A DNA stretch of 64,000 nucleotides. Origin: Vulcanimicrobiota bacterium (lineage in GTDB: Bacteria > Vulcanimicrobiota > Vulcanimicrobiia > Vulcanimicrobiales > Vulcanimicrobiaceae). Under the pieces are notes generated by a model. That model saw only the letters and a program-made list of their open reading frames with translations, did not search any database and was not told the origin of the DNA. Every line of letters starts with the position of its first letter. The first letter of the stretch is position 1. Position numbers and translations under genes: made by a program. Shown piece after piece: positions 52,040-62,332 of the stretch. The DNA lies in contig CAVRQT010000002.1 in the NCBI GenBank assembly GCA_963723515.1, positions 480,001 through 544,000 of the forward strand, read 5' to 3'.

Positions 52040-54339
52040 ATGGGCGGCTGGGCATCGTTGCATAAGATACTCATAGTGATTCTCGCTGTGGCGGCGCCGC
52101 TACTCGCGGCGCTGCCGCACCCGGCCGCTGCCAGCGTCTTGGCATCGCAAACCTTCCAGGCCGTCCTGGCGCCGCACCCGCTGCCGCTGGACCCCTCACT
52201 GAGCGATCCGCTGTGGGCGACGGGTGCAGTGCCCGAAGTTGCCTACCAAAACCTCACCACGCGTCAACGCGCACCCTTCACCACGGGCGTCGACGTGCTC
52301 TATGACGCAAACAACCTGTACGTCGCTTTCCACGCGGAGCAAGGCTCGACGCCAATTACCGCGACGCAGACGGCCAACGACATCGGCTTCGGAATCGACG
52401 ATTTCGTCGGCATTGGGGTCGACACGAGCGGCAACGCGTCGCAGGTGTACTTCTTCGAAACGACGCCGCGCGGCGTCAAGTACGAGCAGGCAACGGAGAA
52501 TTCGCGCTACCGTCCCGATTGGCAAGCGGCAGCGAAAGTCGTTGGAACGGCGTGGAACGCGGTCATGATCATTCCGCTCAAAGCGATGCGCATCAACGGC
52601 CAATCGAGCTGGCGAATCAACTTCGTTCGCGGCATCGCTGCGGTCGGGGAGCACTACACCTGGGCGTACGACGGCGTGATGTCGGATGCACCGGCGGGAC
52701 AGTGGCCACTTGCGACCGCGAGCGACGCGCGCTTTTGGCCCAGGCTCTCGGGGTTAAAACTTCCCGCCAACGGCGCTACCCGCGCTCGGCCGCGCGCGGA
52801 GATCTACGCTCTGTCCAGTTCAGGGCAAAACCGCAACCTCTTCGCAGCAGTCCAACGGCACGTTTCTTCCCGAGAACGTTCGCAACGCCGGCGTCGATTT
52901 GACGATCCCGGTGACGAACACGATCAACTTTGTCGGAACGGCGAACCCTGATTTCTCGAACGTCGAGATCGATCAGCAGACGATTGCGCCGCAAGAATTC
53001 CGGCGGGCGTTGCAAGAGTATCGGCCATTCTTTGCGCAAGGCGCGAATTTCATCAATCCGAACGTCGCGCCGTATGGCGGATTCATCAATCCGCAGAACC
53101 TGATCTTCTACTCGCCCAGCATCGGACCGTTCGATCGCGGCGCGAAGATCGAGGGCACGTACGGAAAGCAATCGTTTGGTGTCATGAGCTTCCGCGGCTT
53201 CGATCAGGTGAGCGGCAACGAGTTCGACGATGTGGCCTATGGGTTCAAGCATGCGTTGCCCGACCGCACGTTCTTACTCTGGGCGGACGGTGTCCTCGCG
53301 CATCACTCGATCAGCGGAAACGATTCAACCAATGAAGCCGGAATCGCCGGACGGAATCTCAAGACGGGTTTTGTGTGGGCACTCGATCAAGCGTTTGAAA
53401 AAGGATCGTGGGTCCCGGCGCCGGGCTTTGCACGTTCATTCAACGGGTTTGTCGACGTGCACAAGCCGTTCTATGAAACGCTGCTGCAGTATGCCGATAT
53501 CTCGCCGAACTACAACCCGATTGACGGCTTTACGACCGTTTCGGATATCCGAGGATTCAATTTCTATTTCTCGCCGCAAGGCAGCACGCCGGGCATCAAG
53601 AACTGGAATCTCTTCACCTTCGCAGATCGGCTCTTCGATCGTTCGGGCGCTGTCCATCAGGCCGACGCGCAATTTTTTCTCAACGCAACCTTTAAGAACG
53701 GCTTCAGCTTAAACGGCTTGGGGGCACAAGTCGGGCTGCTGCGCAAGCTACGCCGCGGACGATCCCAACCGCACCGACCCGACGACGCATGCTCTGATCT
53801 ATCCCGGCGGTTGTTCCGATCCGAACTTGCCCTTTACCAGCTTCACGGGCTATCCGAACTATTTTTGCGGCGAAACCGAGCGCTTCAATCTTGCGCAGAT
53901 CGGCATCGGCTATCGTGACGGCACGCCGCGACCGATTGATTTTACGTTCGCCGTTGGTCCGTTCGGTCAAAACTTCACCCACCTGTATACGCTCACGACG
54001 TCGCGGCCGCTCGGCACGCGTTTTTCGCTGGCTGCGGAATATGATGGAACGGTTGAACGATCGTTCACCACCGGTGCATTGGAGTCGCAATGGCTGCGGC
54101 GGATCACACTCGGCGAAACCTTGGGGCCCGATTCCAATATTTCGTTCTCGCTGCGCTCGATCAACGGTCTGGGCGGCTTCGCGATTCCGGGAGTGAACTT
54201 TTCGGCCAGCTACCACCGTCACTTCGCAAACGGCGGCGATCTCTATGTCAATTACGGAACGCCGGCCGCAACCGCAACGCTGAACCGTTTGATCGTTAAG
54301 TACGTCTTTCGAGTCGGGGGCAGCGGGGCGGGCACGTAA
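52040..54339 (+). CDS. CBM9-like plus DUF5916-type outer-membrane beta-barrel protein; indels near 52845 and 53745
   Basis: Signal peptide, LYDANNLYVAF, WRINF.R, NPDFSNVEID, EYRPFF, FYSPSIG, beta-rich C-terminal part. Confidence 0.75.
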
Positions 54340-54349
54340 CCGCGATCGC

Positions 54350-54508
54350 TTAAGCGCCTTCTTTGTCTTCCTCCATGAACTCATCGCCGGCTTGCGAGTC
54401 GACGTCCGGATCCATCTCTTCGGTCTCCGCTTCATCTTCGCGTTTTGCGCCGGAGGGTAGATCTTCTTCGGTCAATTCGTTTTCGTAAACATCTCTGCGT
54501 TCGCTCAT
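54350..54508 (-). CDS. 52-aa highly acidic small protein
   Basis: GAGG SD, ATGA overlap; MSERRDVYENELTEEDLPSGAKREDEAETEEMDPDVDSQAGDEFMEEDKEGA. Confidence 0.65.
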   Translation of the reverse strand: MSERRDVYENELTEEDLPSGAKREDEAETEEMDPDVDSQAGDEFMEEDKEGA

Positions 54509-54693
54509 TGCGATTCCTCATCGGCTTCGGCTTGTTCGCCTTCGAAGATCTGACGCTCTCCGGCAATCAGGCCGGTGTCATCCGCGCTTATAACCGCATC
54601 ATCGCGATCGTCGCCATCCCCTTCGACGTTTGAATCGTCGTTCTCGTTAACGACCCGCTCGACGTCATCAGATTCGCGTCTGCGTTCGCTCAT
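54505..54693 (-). CDS. 62-aa highly acidic small protein
   Basis: AGGAG SD; MSERRRESDDVERVVNENDDSNVEGDGDDRDDAVISADDTGLIAGERQIFEGEQAEADEESQ. Confidence 0.65.
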   Translation of the reverse strand: MSERRRESDDVERVVNENDDSNVEGDGDDRDDAVISADDTGLIAGERQIFEGEQAEADEESQ

Positions 54694-54707
54694 CTCGTTT
54701 CTCCTAT

Positions 54708-55682
54708 TTACGCTAAGTAAGGCTCCTCGACCACTACCGGCTCGAGAATTCGATCGGCCTCCGCAAGTATCGCCGGATCGATGCGCAATTCCGCTGCGCG
54801 CAGGTTCTCCTCCACATGTTTCACGCTTGTTGCGCCGACGATGACGCTCGTAACGGCCGGCTGCCGCAGACACCACGCGAGCGCCAGTTCGGGCAGCGCA
54901 TGGCCGGCACGCTTTGCGATGGGAAGCAGCCGCTGTACAGCATCGAGCACGGGCTGCGTGAAGTAATCCTCCATCATCTCGGCCGCCGGTCCTGCGGCGC
55001 GCGTTCCCTTCGGAGGATGTTTCGCGTCGGTGTACTTGCCGGTCAGAACGCCCTGGGCCAGCGGCGACCAAACGACATTGCCTAATCCATATTGCTCGCA
55101 GATCGGTAAGACGCGCCGTTCGATTCGTCGCGCGAGGAGGCTGTATTCCGGCTGATTGCTGATCGGCATCGCCCATCGGTTCGCGCGACAGACGTTCACC
55201 GCGGAAACGATTTGATCCGCATTCCACTCGGAGACACCCCAATAAAGCGTCTTCCCTGCGCGCACGAGATCGTTCATCATAGCGCACGTCTCTTCGATCG
55301 GTGTCTGGAGATCGTAACGGTGGCATTGGTACAGATCGACGTAGTCCACTTGCAGCCGCCGCAGCGAGGCATCGATTTGGCCGCGAATGTGCTTGCGCGA
55401 GAGCCCGCGTTCGTTCGGATCATCGCCCATCGGAAAGTACACCTTGCTGGCGATCACGATCGCATCGCGCTCTAACTCTTTGAGAATCGGCGCGAGCGTT
55501 TTCTCGGCGGCGCCTCGAGCATAGACGTTCGCGGTATCGAAGAAGTTGACACCGCCTTCGTATGCGCGCAGGACGCAGCGGCGAGCAGTTTCTGCCTCAA
55601 CGCTGCTGCCGTATGTCAGCCACGAACCAAGACCGATAACCGAAAGCTGCAATCCCGAGTGTCCGAGCGAGCGATACTGCAT
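54708..55682 (-). CDS. Aldo/keto reductase (Kv-beta-like)
   Basis: GLGSW, FDTANVY, ASK, DLYQCH, GVSEW, WSPLAQG. Confidence 0.94.
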   Translation of the reverse strand: MQYRSLGHSGLQLSVIGLGSWLTYGSSVEAETARRCVLRAYEGGVNFFDTANVYARGAAEKTLAPILKELERDAIVIASKVYFPMGDDPNERGLSRKHIRGQIDASLRRLQVDYVDLYQCHRYDLQTPIEETCAMMNDLVRAGKTLYWGVSEWNADQIVSAVNVCRANRWAMPISNQPEYSLLARRIERRVLPICEQYGLGNVVWSPLAQGVLTGKYTDAKHPPKGTRAAGPAAEMMEDYFTQPVLDAVQRLLPIAKRAGHALPELALAWCLRQPAVTSVIVGATSVKHVEENLRAAELRIDPAILAEADRILEPVVVEEPYLA

Positions 55683-55693
55683 CGACTTCCTTT

Positions 55694-56197
55694 CTATGTG
55701 CGCGGCGTGCGCTCTATCAAGAGCCGTTCGATGAGGCGCGTGAAGCGCATCCACCACTGCTCGCGTGCGACGATCGGCTCCGTCAAAATGACCTTCATAC
55801 CGAAACGTTTCGCGCCTAAGACGTCGGTAAAGAGTTGATCGCCGATGACAACGGTATCCGCATGCGAGGTTCCCAGGGCTTTCAAAGCGGCATGGAATCC
55901 GCGAAACAACGGCTTGCGGGCGTTCGGGATGCACGGTACACGCAGCGCTTGTGCGGTCCTTACCGCCCAATCGGTCGCGTTATTGGTGACGATGATCGCG
56001 CGCAAGCCACGTTGCTTCGCATTCTCGATCCAAGCGGCGACATTCGCTTCCGGTTCGTTCAATTTGTACCCCACCAGCGTATTATCTAAGTCCATGATGA
56101 TGCCGCGGACGCCGTCTGAGACTAGCGCATCGAGGTCAACCTCCTCGATTCGCCGCGCATATGACGTTGGCCGCAGGAAGCGACCGCGCACCCTCAA
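55694..56197 (-). CDS. YqeG-family HAD IIIA phosphatase
   Basis: DLDNTL, VTNN, ARKP, IGDQLFTDVLG. Confidence 0.92.
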   Translation of the reverse strand: MRVRGRFLRPTSYARRIEEVDLDALVSDGVRGIIMDLDNTLVGYKLNEPEANVAAWIENAKQRGLRAIIVTNNATDWAVRTAQALRVPCIPNARKPLFRGFHAALKALGTSHADTVVIGDQLFTDVLGAKRFGMKVILTEPIVAREQWWMRFTRLIERLLIERTPRT

Positions 56198-57069
56198 GCG
56201 GACCGCTCTTTCGCCGGAACGCAGACGGTAATGGCATGCGGGAGCACTTCAAAGGTTGCCGGCGTCATCGTCGCGGGCTCCCCATCTGCAAAGATGTGCC
56301 GCGGCCGCCGCGTCGTAACCTCAAACTTTGTGGATCGTCGGGTTGTGATCGCGGGTGAATCACGTACCTCTCGCTTCACAATCGGCTTGAGCAACCGAAA
56401 GACGTCCGGCCAGCGCTTGATGCGCAAACTATAGAGTTCGAGCTGACCATCATCCAGTTGCGCGGTTCGATTCGTGATAAGGCCGCCGAAATGAAAGCTG
56501 TTTGCAACGGTCAGTTGGATGGTCTTCAGATGTTCGGTTTGCCCATCGTGCGAAACGGTCGCTTCGAACGGCCGTGCATGCCAGATCGTCGTCGCGGTCG
56601 TCGTGAGCGCGGAAACGACGCCTAAAGAGCGCTTGAGGTTCGCCGTCTGCCGTCGCGCGATGTGCGTGCTTATTCCAAGGCTCGCTTCCGTTAAGAAATA
56701 GCGGCCGTTCACGCAGCCGACGTCGATTGGACGACGGCGGCCGGAGAGGACCACATCGACCGCCTCTGCAGGATCCAACGGAATCGCCAAGGCGCGCGCC
56801 AGGTCGTTAAACGTTCCGAGCGGGATGATACCGACCGGCAGCGAGCGGCCGACGAACGCGTCGAGGCTCGACATCAGGGTTCCGTCGCCGCCTCCAATGA
56901 CCGCAATATCGATGCGATCGCGATATTTTTCGAGAATTTGCGCCGCAGAGCGACCGTCGAGCGGCTCGGTAATCGTCTCCGCGCGTGCCGCCGCAAAGGC
57001 GCCCTCAATCTCATGCGCGCGCTCGGTTCCCAGCCGCGCACGCGAATTCATGATCAGAAGAATGCGCAC
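56194..57069 (-). CDS. Diacylglycerol/lipid kinase family (YegS/BmrU)
   Basis: GGDGT, PLGTFNDLAR, IDVG, DDG, ADGE. Confidence 0.92.
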   Translation of the reverse strand: MRILLIMNSRARLGTERAHEIEGAFAAARAETITEPLDGRSAAQILEKYRDRIDIAVIGGGDGTLMSSLDAFVGRSLPVGIIPLGTFNDLARALAIPLDPAEAVDVVLSGRRRPIDVGCVNGRYFLTEASLGISTHIARRQTANLKRSLGVVSALTTTATTIWHARPFEATVSHDGQTEHLKTIQLTVANSFHFGGLITNRTAQLDDGQLELYSLRIKRWPDVFRLLKPIVKREVRDSPAITTRRSTKFEVTTRRPRHIFADGEPATMTPATFEVLPHAITVCVPAKERSA

Positions 57070-57120
57070 GATTTAAACTTTCTTCATGCGCGGGGCGTTA
57101 CAATGCCTTAGGAGGGCCTT

Positions 57121-57462
57121 ATGGCATTACGATCCGTCCTGCTCGTATTTTTTGTCGCGGCCGCGATGGCGATCGCCGTGGCGCAAAGCAGTTCGACTGC
57201 TCCCCAAACAACTGTCGTTCATATCGCCTCATTTTCGTTTCACCCCGACAATCTGACCGTTCATACCGGCGACACGGTAACATTTCAAAACGATGACGGC
57301 GTTGCGCACACCGTTACTGCGGATGATAAGTCCTTTGACTCGAGCAATCTCGATCCGAAGGCGAAGTTTTCACATACCTTCGCGTCAGCCGGAACATTTA
57401 AATACAGCTGCAGCTACCACCCGATGATGAAAGGAACAATCGTCGTCAAAGACACTCAGTGA
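57121..57462 (+). CDS. Type 1 blue copper cupredoxin (amicyanin/plastocyanin-like)
   Basis: Signal peptide, AHTVT, CSYHPMM ligand loop. Confidence 0.92.
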   Translation: MALRSVLLVFFVAAAMAIAVAQSSSTAPQTTVVHIASFSFHPDNLTVHTGDTVTFQNDDGVAHTVTADDKSFDSSNLDPKAKFSHTFASAGTFKYSCSYHPMMKGTIVVKDTQ

Positions 57463-57473
57463 CGCGAAACGCG

Positions 57474-57866
57474 TTATAACTTCCGCTTGTGAAGGAAGAT
57501 GCTGTTGCCTTCAGGATCGGTGATCGTCGCCATATTGCAAACGGCGGTCTCACGTTCCACTATTTCAATGCCGCGGTCCTGGAGCGCCTGAACGGCGGCC
57601 TCCAAGTCGTCGACTGCAAATAAAATTCCATTACCCGGCTGAAACGGCATCACTTTTCCTCCACCACCGAACAGACCGAAAGTCGTTCCGTCGGGTAGCG
57701 CATACTCTGCGCCGCGGTCGTCCGGATAGACCAGCACCGGCTCTAAACCAAGCACGTCGCGATACCACTCGATCGCCCGCGCCGCATCTTTGCACATGTA
57801 GCCGCTGAGATCCATCCCCGTGATTCGAAAGGGTCGCTCGGTTGCGCGCTCTTGCGTTTGTTGCAT
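57474..57866 (-). CDS. VOC/glyoxalase family protein
   Basis: AIEWYRDVLGL, FAVDD, DPEGN. Confidence 0.9.
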   Translation of the reverse strand: MQQTQERATERPFRITGMDLSGYMCKDAARAIEWYRDVLGLEPVLVYPDDRGAEYALPDGTTFGLFGGGGKVMPFQPGNGILFAVDDLEAAVQALQDRGIEIVERETAVCNMATITDPEGNSIFLHKRKL

Positions 57867-57991
57867 CTTTCATCTCCAAATGATCGGGAAGGCTGTTACA
57901 TAGTTCGCCGCTATCTTTCTTGGAGGTCTCAAAATGGCCGCTTCGCCGCGCACGGTCCCAAGCTGATCGTCTCCCGCCCCGGATTCGGCTG

Positions 57992-58556
57992 CTAAGCCGT
58001 AACCCTTTCGATCCACAGATCGACCGCGGCATCGATTCGTCGCCGGTCGCGCGTCGCGCACAAATCCAACATGAAGCCGCGGTAGCCGGCGATCAACACC
58101 GTCGCAAAAGCGGTCGCCTCGCTGCGGCGCCAGCCTTGCACAACCAACGGCTCCGTGATGAAGAGCAGCCAATCTTGTACAACACGCTTCAGGAATCCGG
58201 CGAAGCGCTTACGATTCTGAAGCGCTAAACCATAAACTTCAAAGAACAAGCGGAAAACCGGCTCAGATGCCGGAGCGCTCATCGTATCCCAAATCTGCGC
58301 GACACGCCTTGCGGCTGCCCATGCCACCGGTCTTGAGCTGCGCAAAAATCTCCCGCTGGCGCTCAGCGGCTCGCGTCAACACAGCCTCAATCAGCTTTTC
58401 CTTCGAGCCGAAGTGATAAAGGATGCCGCGAGGACTGCTGTTCACGGCCTCCGCCAGCGGGCGCAGCGAGAGATCGGAGATTCCGTTCGCGACGATATAC
58501 CGCACCACGGCATCGAGAAGATCTTCCCGCAGCTGCGGGTCAGCAACGCGTGTCAC
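57992..58556 (-). CDS. TetR/AcrR regulator; indel near 58310
   Basis: LSLRPLAEAV..ILYHFGSKEKL; C-terminal half RLFFEVYG..RGFMLDL. Confidence 0.88.
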
Positions 58557-58575
58557 CTTACACAGGATAACATAC

Positions 58576-58593
58576 TTGAAACACTCGTTTCAA
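58576..58593. promoter_or_regulatory. Putative TetR operator
   Basis: TTGAAAC-ACTC-GTTTCAA in the short divergent intergenic region. Confidence 0.75.
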
Positions 58594-58611
58594 CTGTGAT
58601 ATAGTGGCGCT

Positions 58612-59860
58612 GTGAAGCGCAATGCTCTGACGTTCATCTTTATCAGCGTCCTGCTCGACATGTTGGCGCTTGGGCGTTATGGCGCCGGTATTGGCGCCGC
58701 TGATCAAGACCTTCACGCACCATGACGTCAGCGCGGCGCAATGGATCGGGATCTTTTCGACACTCTTTGCGGTCATGCAATTTTTCTTCTCGCCGCTGCT
58801 CGGCGTCATTTCCGACCGCTTCGGACGACGTCCGGTCATCTTGCTTTCGAACCTCGGGCTCGGACTCGATTATGTAATCATGGCGCTCGCGCCGACGCTC
58901 GGATGGCTCTTGGTCGGCCGCATCATCTCCGGCATCACGTCGTCAAACATCAGTGTTGCCTACGCCTATATTTCGGACGTCGCGCCGCCGGAAAAACGCG
59001 CGCGCGGCTTCGGCATGATCGGTGCGGCGTTCGGCGTCGGCTTCGTGCTCGGACCAGCGATCGGAGGAGTGCTCTCACAGCATGGGGATCTCCGATTGCC
59101 GTTTTGGGTCAGCGCTGGACTGAGCCTCTTGAATTTTATCTACGGACTGCTCGTGCTACCCGAAAGCTTGCCGCATGAAAAGCGCAATGCATTTCGGTTC
59201 GCGCGTGCCAATCCGCTTGGGTCCTTACGACTCCTGCGCTCGCACCGCGAACTCCTCGGTATCGGCGCCGCGTACTTGTTTGCGATGATTGCGCACGACG
59301 TCTTGCCGACCGTTTGGACGATTTACGGCATTCACCGTTATGCATGGAATCTGCGTACGATCGGCTTCTCTTTAGCCACGATCGGCATCTCGCAGATTGT
59401 CGTTTCGAGCTTGCTTGTAGGGCCGGCCGTAAAATGGCTGGGCGACCGTGCGGCGATGCTCGTCGGTTATGGATTCGGCGTCGTCGCATTTTGCGTCTTT
59501 GCCGCGGCAAATGCGAGCTGGGTCTTTTTCTTGGGCATTCCGATCTTGGCACTGTGGGCAATCGCCACGCCCGGATTGCAGGCGATTGCGGCGCGCCATA
59601 TTTCGGCTTCCGAACAAGGCGAATTGCAAGGCGCGCTCGGCAGCGTGCGCGGTATCTCCACGATCATCGGTCCGCCGCTTTTCGCGGGAGCGTTTGCGGT
59701 CTTCATCGGGCCGCTAGCGTCGATTCACGTGCCCGGTGCGCCATGGTATATGGCGGCGTTGCTGCTCGTGGGCACGTGCGCGATCGGGTACGCTGCAACC
59801 CAACGGGATCGCGATCTACACGTGCCGGCAACTCCGGTGCTGGAGGAACTGCAGGTGTAG
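58612..59860 (+). CDS. TetA-like (TCR/Tet, DHA1) MFS efflux transporter; indel near 58670
   Basis: VKRNALTFIFISVLLD, GVISDRFGRRPV, GRIISG, GFVLGPAIGG, LPES, EQGELQG. Confidence 0.92.
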
Positions 59861-59939
59861 CGCAGTGAGCAGCCTGCCGCACTCAAAGCGCTCCTCCGAC
59901 CTCGACCTTAATTTACGAACCTTTTTCGCTCAGCACATC

Positions 59940-59970
59940 CGGCCGCGGCGCACGATGAACACCGCGGCCG
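59940..59970. terminator. Hairpin between convergent genes
   Basis: CGGCCGCGG ... CCGCGGCCG perfect 9-bp stem; no adjacent U tract. Confidence 0.35.
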
Positions 59971-59986
59971 CTTGCAAGAGGCCCTG

Positions 59987-60433
59987 TTAGCGCGAGAGCT
60001 GCGCGGCAAGTTTGTCCAGGCACTGGCCCCAGCCACTCTCGTGCGAAACGCGGGATTGTTGACGCGAGAAGCGATCGTGCTGCAATGTGAGCTCCGTGCC
60101 GTCGCCGTCGGGCGCGAACTCGAGCGTCAGCAGCGTGTGCTGTTCGTCTTTGGGATCGTCCTCGGTCCAAATCCACGTGAGTGCCAGACGGTTCGGCTGA
60201 GAAACCTCGCGATACGTTCCGTGCAGCGTCCACAAGTCGTCATCTGGCATACGAAAGACGATTTTGTAGTCGCCGCCTTCACGCACGTCGGCTGCGGCTT
60301 CCACGAGTTTGACGTTATCGGGCCGCATGAGTTCGGCAAAGGTGTCGATATTCGCAAAGGCGTTGTAGACGCGCTGCGGCGGCGCGCCGAAGCGGCGGCG
60401 AATGAACACCGCCGGAAGCGTTGTTTGATTCAC
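59987..60433 (-). CDS. SRPBCC/AHSA1 domain protein
   Basis: RRFGAPPQRVY, DVREGG.Y, GTYREV..RLALTW, HESGW..LDKL. Confidence 0.9.
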   Translation of the reverse strand: MNQTTLPAVFIRRRFGAPPQRVYNAFANIDTFAELMRPDNVKLVEAAADVREGGDYKIVFRMPDDDLWTLHGTYREVSQPNRLALTWIWTEDDPKDEQHTLLTLEFAPDGDGTELTLQHDRFSRQQSRVSHESGWGQCLDKLAAQLSR

Positions 60434-60765
60434 GGTTTCCTCTTTTCGTTTGATGGTTTGGTGAGAAGGCTCTCGAGGCGATCGAGAGCGTTGTTCCAAT
60501 AACGGCGCTGCCGCTCGATCCAGCCCGAAACCTCTTGCATAGCTTGCGGTGAGATTATGCAGTAATGCACGCGCCCTTCGACCGTACGCTGGAGCAAGCC
60601 GGCTTCTTCAAGCACGCGAACGTGCCGTGAGATAGCAGGCTGCGAGATCGGAAATTCCGAGCCGATCTGCCCGATAGTTAGCGGCCTGCGCGCGAGACGC
60701 TCCACGATCCGGCGACGCGTAGGATCCGCGAGAGCGGCAAAGACGTCGTCGAGCTTCATAACCAT
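60430..60765 (-). CDS. ArsR/SmtB family regulator
   Basis: FAALADPTRRRI, SQPAISRHVRVLEEAGL, YWNNALDRL. Confidence 0.93.
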   Translation of the reverse strand: MVMKLDDVFAALADPTRRRIVERLARRPLTIGQIGSEFPISQPAISRHVRVLEEAGLLQRTVEGRVHYCIISPQAMQEVSGWIERQRRYWNNALDRLESLLTKPSNEKRKP

Positions 60766-60805
60766 TTTGTTATATAACCATACGGTTATATAGCTCCAAT
60801 GTCAA
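60758..60805 (-). promoter_or_regulatory. Promoter and ArsR-type operator palindromes
   Basis: TATATAACC-ATAC-GGTTATATA at 60771-60792, weaker ATAACC-ATTT-TGTTAT at 60758-60773; TTGACA at 60805-60800. Confidence 0.78.
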
Positions 60806-60844
60806 GCCCCGCAAGAGGCCGCACTGGGCGCAACTAGCGTCCTG

Positions 60845-61028
60845 CTTCGACAAGCTCAGCATGACACAACGGTCAAGCGCGCCGCTATTTTCTTTCGTGG
60901 CTAGGATTTGCGCGATTACGGTGGTGCTTCGACCCTTCGACGCCGCTCAGGGCAGGCTAAGCTCAGCATGACACAGCAGTGAAGGTCAGCGCGGCACAAC
61001 AGTCCAGCGCGCAGCTATTTTCTTTCGT
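60845..61028 (+). repeat. REP-like cluster with tandem duplication
   Basis: CTTCGACAAGCTCAGCATGACA at 60845-60866; nested copy at 60927-60973; 34-nt direct repeat at 60865-60898 and 60995-61028 with 3 mismatches. Confidence 0.8.
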
Positions 61029-61036
61029 CGGTCAGT

Positions 61037-61145
61037 AATTTCGGTGCTGTTTTTTCGTCCAGCGAGGCATCGTCGCCCGCAGTGTATATCGGCTCATACA
61101 CAAGGGCGACGATAACAAAGCTGGACGGAAAAAGAGCCCGAAATT
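61037..61145. repeat. 109-nt imperfect inverted repeat abutting the tRNA 3' end
   Basis: AATTTCGG/CCGAAATT, TTTTT/AAAAA, CGTCCAGC/GCTGGACG, ATCGTCGCCC/GGGCGACGAT, GTGTAT/ATACAC. Confidence 0.85.
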
Positions 61146-61229
61146 TGCCCAGAAAGGGACTCGAACCCCCACGACCTTGCGGCCACTGATACCTGAAACC
61201 AGCGCGTCTACCAATTCCGCCATCTGGGC
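61146..61229 (-). tRNA. tRNA-Leu(CAG), CCA not encoded
   Basis: GCCCAGA/TCTGGGC acceptor stem, GGCGGAATTGGTAGACGC D arm, TTCAGGT anticodon loop, long variable arm, GTTCGAGTC. Confidence 0.97.
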
Positions 61230-61314
61230 TTGCGGGCTTTAAAGGCCACCGGCGATTCGTCGGTCGCACGCTGAAACCCTCACGGCCGCTTGAGGTTTTG
61301 TTAGCCACCTACAG

Positions 61315-62268
61315 ATGAGCGTTCCATTGAAACTGATCAGCGCCGAGCCTGCCGACGAGGTCCTCGACGCATATTCTGAGGCCGTCATCACGGCAGCACA
61401 ACGCGTCAGTCCGTCCGTCGTGAACATCGACGTTCGCGGCAACCACTCCGGCAACGGATCCGGCTTCGTCTTCACGCCCGACGGATTCGTTCTCACGAAC
61501 AGTCACGTCGTTCACGGTGCGCGCCGCATCACGATTTCGCTGCTCGACGGAAGAGAATTGCCGGCTTCCCTCATCGGATCGGATCCGCACACCGATCTTG
61601 CGGTCGTGCGCGTCGATGCGCCTGATCTGACTCCGGCACAGCTTGGTGATTCAGCGCGTTTGCGCCCAGGGCAACTGGTCGTCGCGGTCGGAAATCCGTT
61701 CGGTCTTCAATATACCGTGACCGCCGGCGTCGTCAGCGCAGTTGGCCGCTCGCTGCGTTCGCAATCAGGACGATTGATGGACAACATCATTCAGACCGAT
61801 GCCGCACTCAATCCCGGTAATTCCGGAGGGCCGCTCGTCGCCGCGGACGGCTCGGTCATCGGCGTGAATACCGCCGTCTTTCCGGGCCAAGGCATTTGCT
61901 TTGCGATCGGCGTGAACACGGCAAAACATATTGCGAGTCTCTTGATGCGTGACGGCCGCGTGCGGCGTGGTTATCTTGGCATCGCCGGGCAAGACGTGGA
62001 GCTGCCGCGCCACTTCGCACGGCGTCACGAACTCACGCAGAAAAGCGCTGTGCTCGTGATTTCCGTTGAAGCAGGCAGTCCCGCGCAAACCGCGCGCGTC
62101 AAAGAAGGCGACGTCATCGTGGGATTCGATGAGACGCCGCTAACCGGCATCGACGAGTTGCACAAGGTGCTGACGACAATCGATCTCTCTCGCAGCCGCA
62201 AGTTGACGATCGCACGCAAAGGCGAGCGCATCGATACCTTTGTGCTGCCGATTGAAGCGGAAAGCTAA
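61315..62268 (+). CDS. HtrA/DegP-like serine protease with one PDZ domain, no signal peptide
   Basis: [37 protein letters not shown] domain. Confidence 0.94.
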   Translation: MSVPLKLISAEPADEVLDAYSEAVITAAQRVSPSVVNIDVRGNHSGNGSGFVFTPDGFVLTNSHVVHGARRITISLLDGRELPASLIGSDPHTDLAVVRVDAPDLTPAQLGDSARLRPGQLVVAVGNPFGLQYTVTAGVVSAVGRSLRSQSGRLMDNIIQTDAALNPGNSGGPLVAADGSVIGVNTAVFPGQGICFAIGVNTAKHIASLLMRDGRVRRGYLGIAGQDVELPRHFARRHELTQKSAVLVISVEAGSPAQTARVKEGDVIVGFDETPLTGIDELHKVLTTIDLSRSRKLTIARKGERIDTFVLPIEAES

Positions 62269-62332
62269 GCGCACCAGCGCGAGGGGCGACCTGCTTCTCG
62301 CCGAAATCGGCGCACCTCCATGGAGCGTCTAG

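Noticed and set aside
57870..57990. Riboswitch or ECF promoter upstream of the VOC gene
   Set aside because: No recognisable consensus; a TGTAAC is present without a convincing -10 element.
58612..59860. Acquired tetracycline resistance gene
   Set aside because: Only family-level TetA similarity, no mobile context, and the regulator is a generic TetR-family protein.
60845..61028. CRISPR array
   Set aside because: Only two degenerate units, irregular spacing and no cas genes; fits REP-like repeats better.
57121..61229. tRNA-integrated genomic island or prophage
   Set aside because: No integrase or phage genes, and I saw no duplicate of the tRNA 3' end in the window.
61015..61308. ORFs of 97 and 63 aa
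   Set aside because: They overlap tRNA-Leu and the long hairpin.
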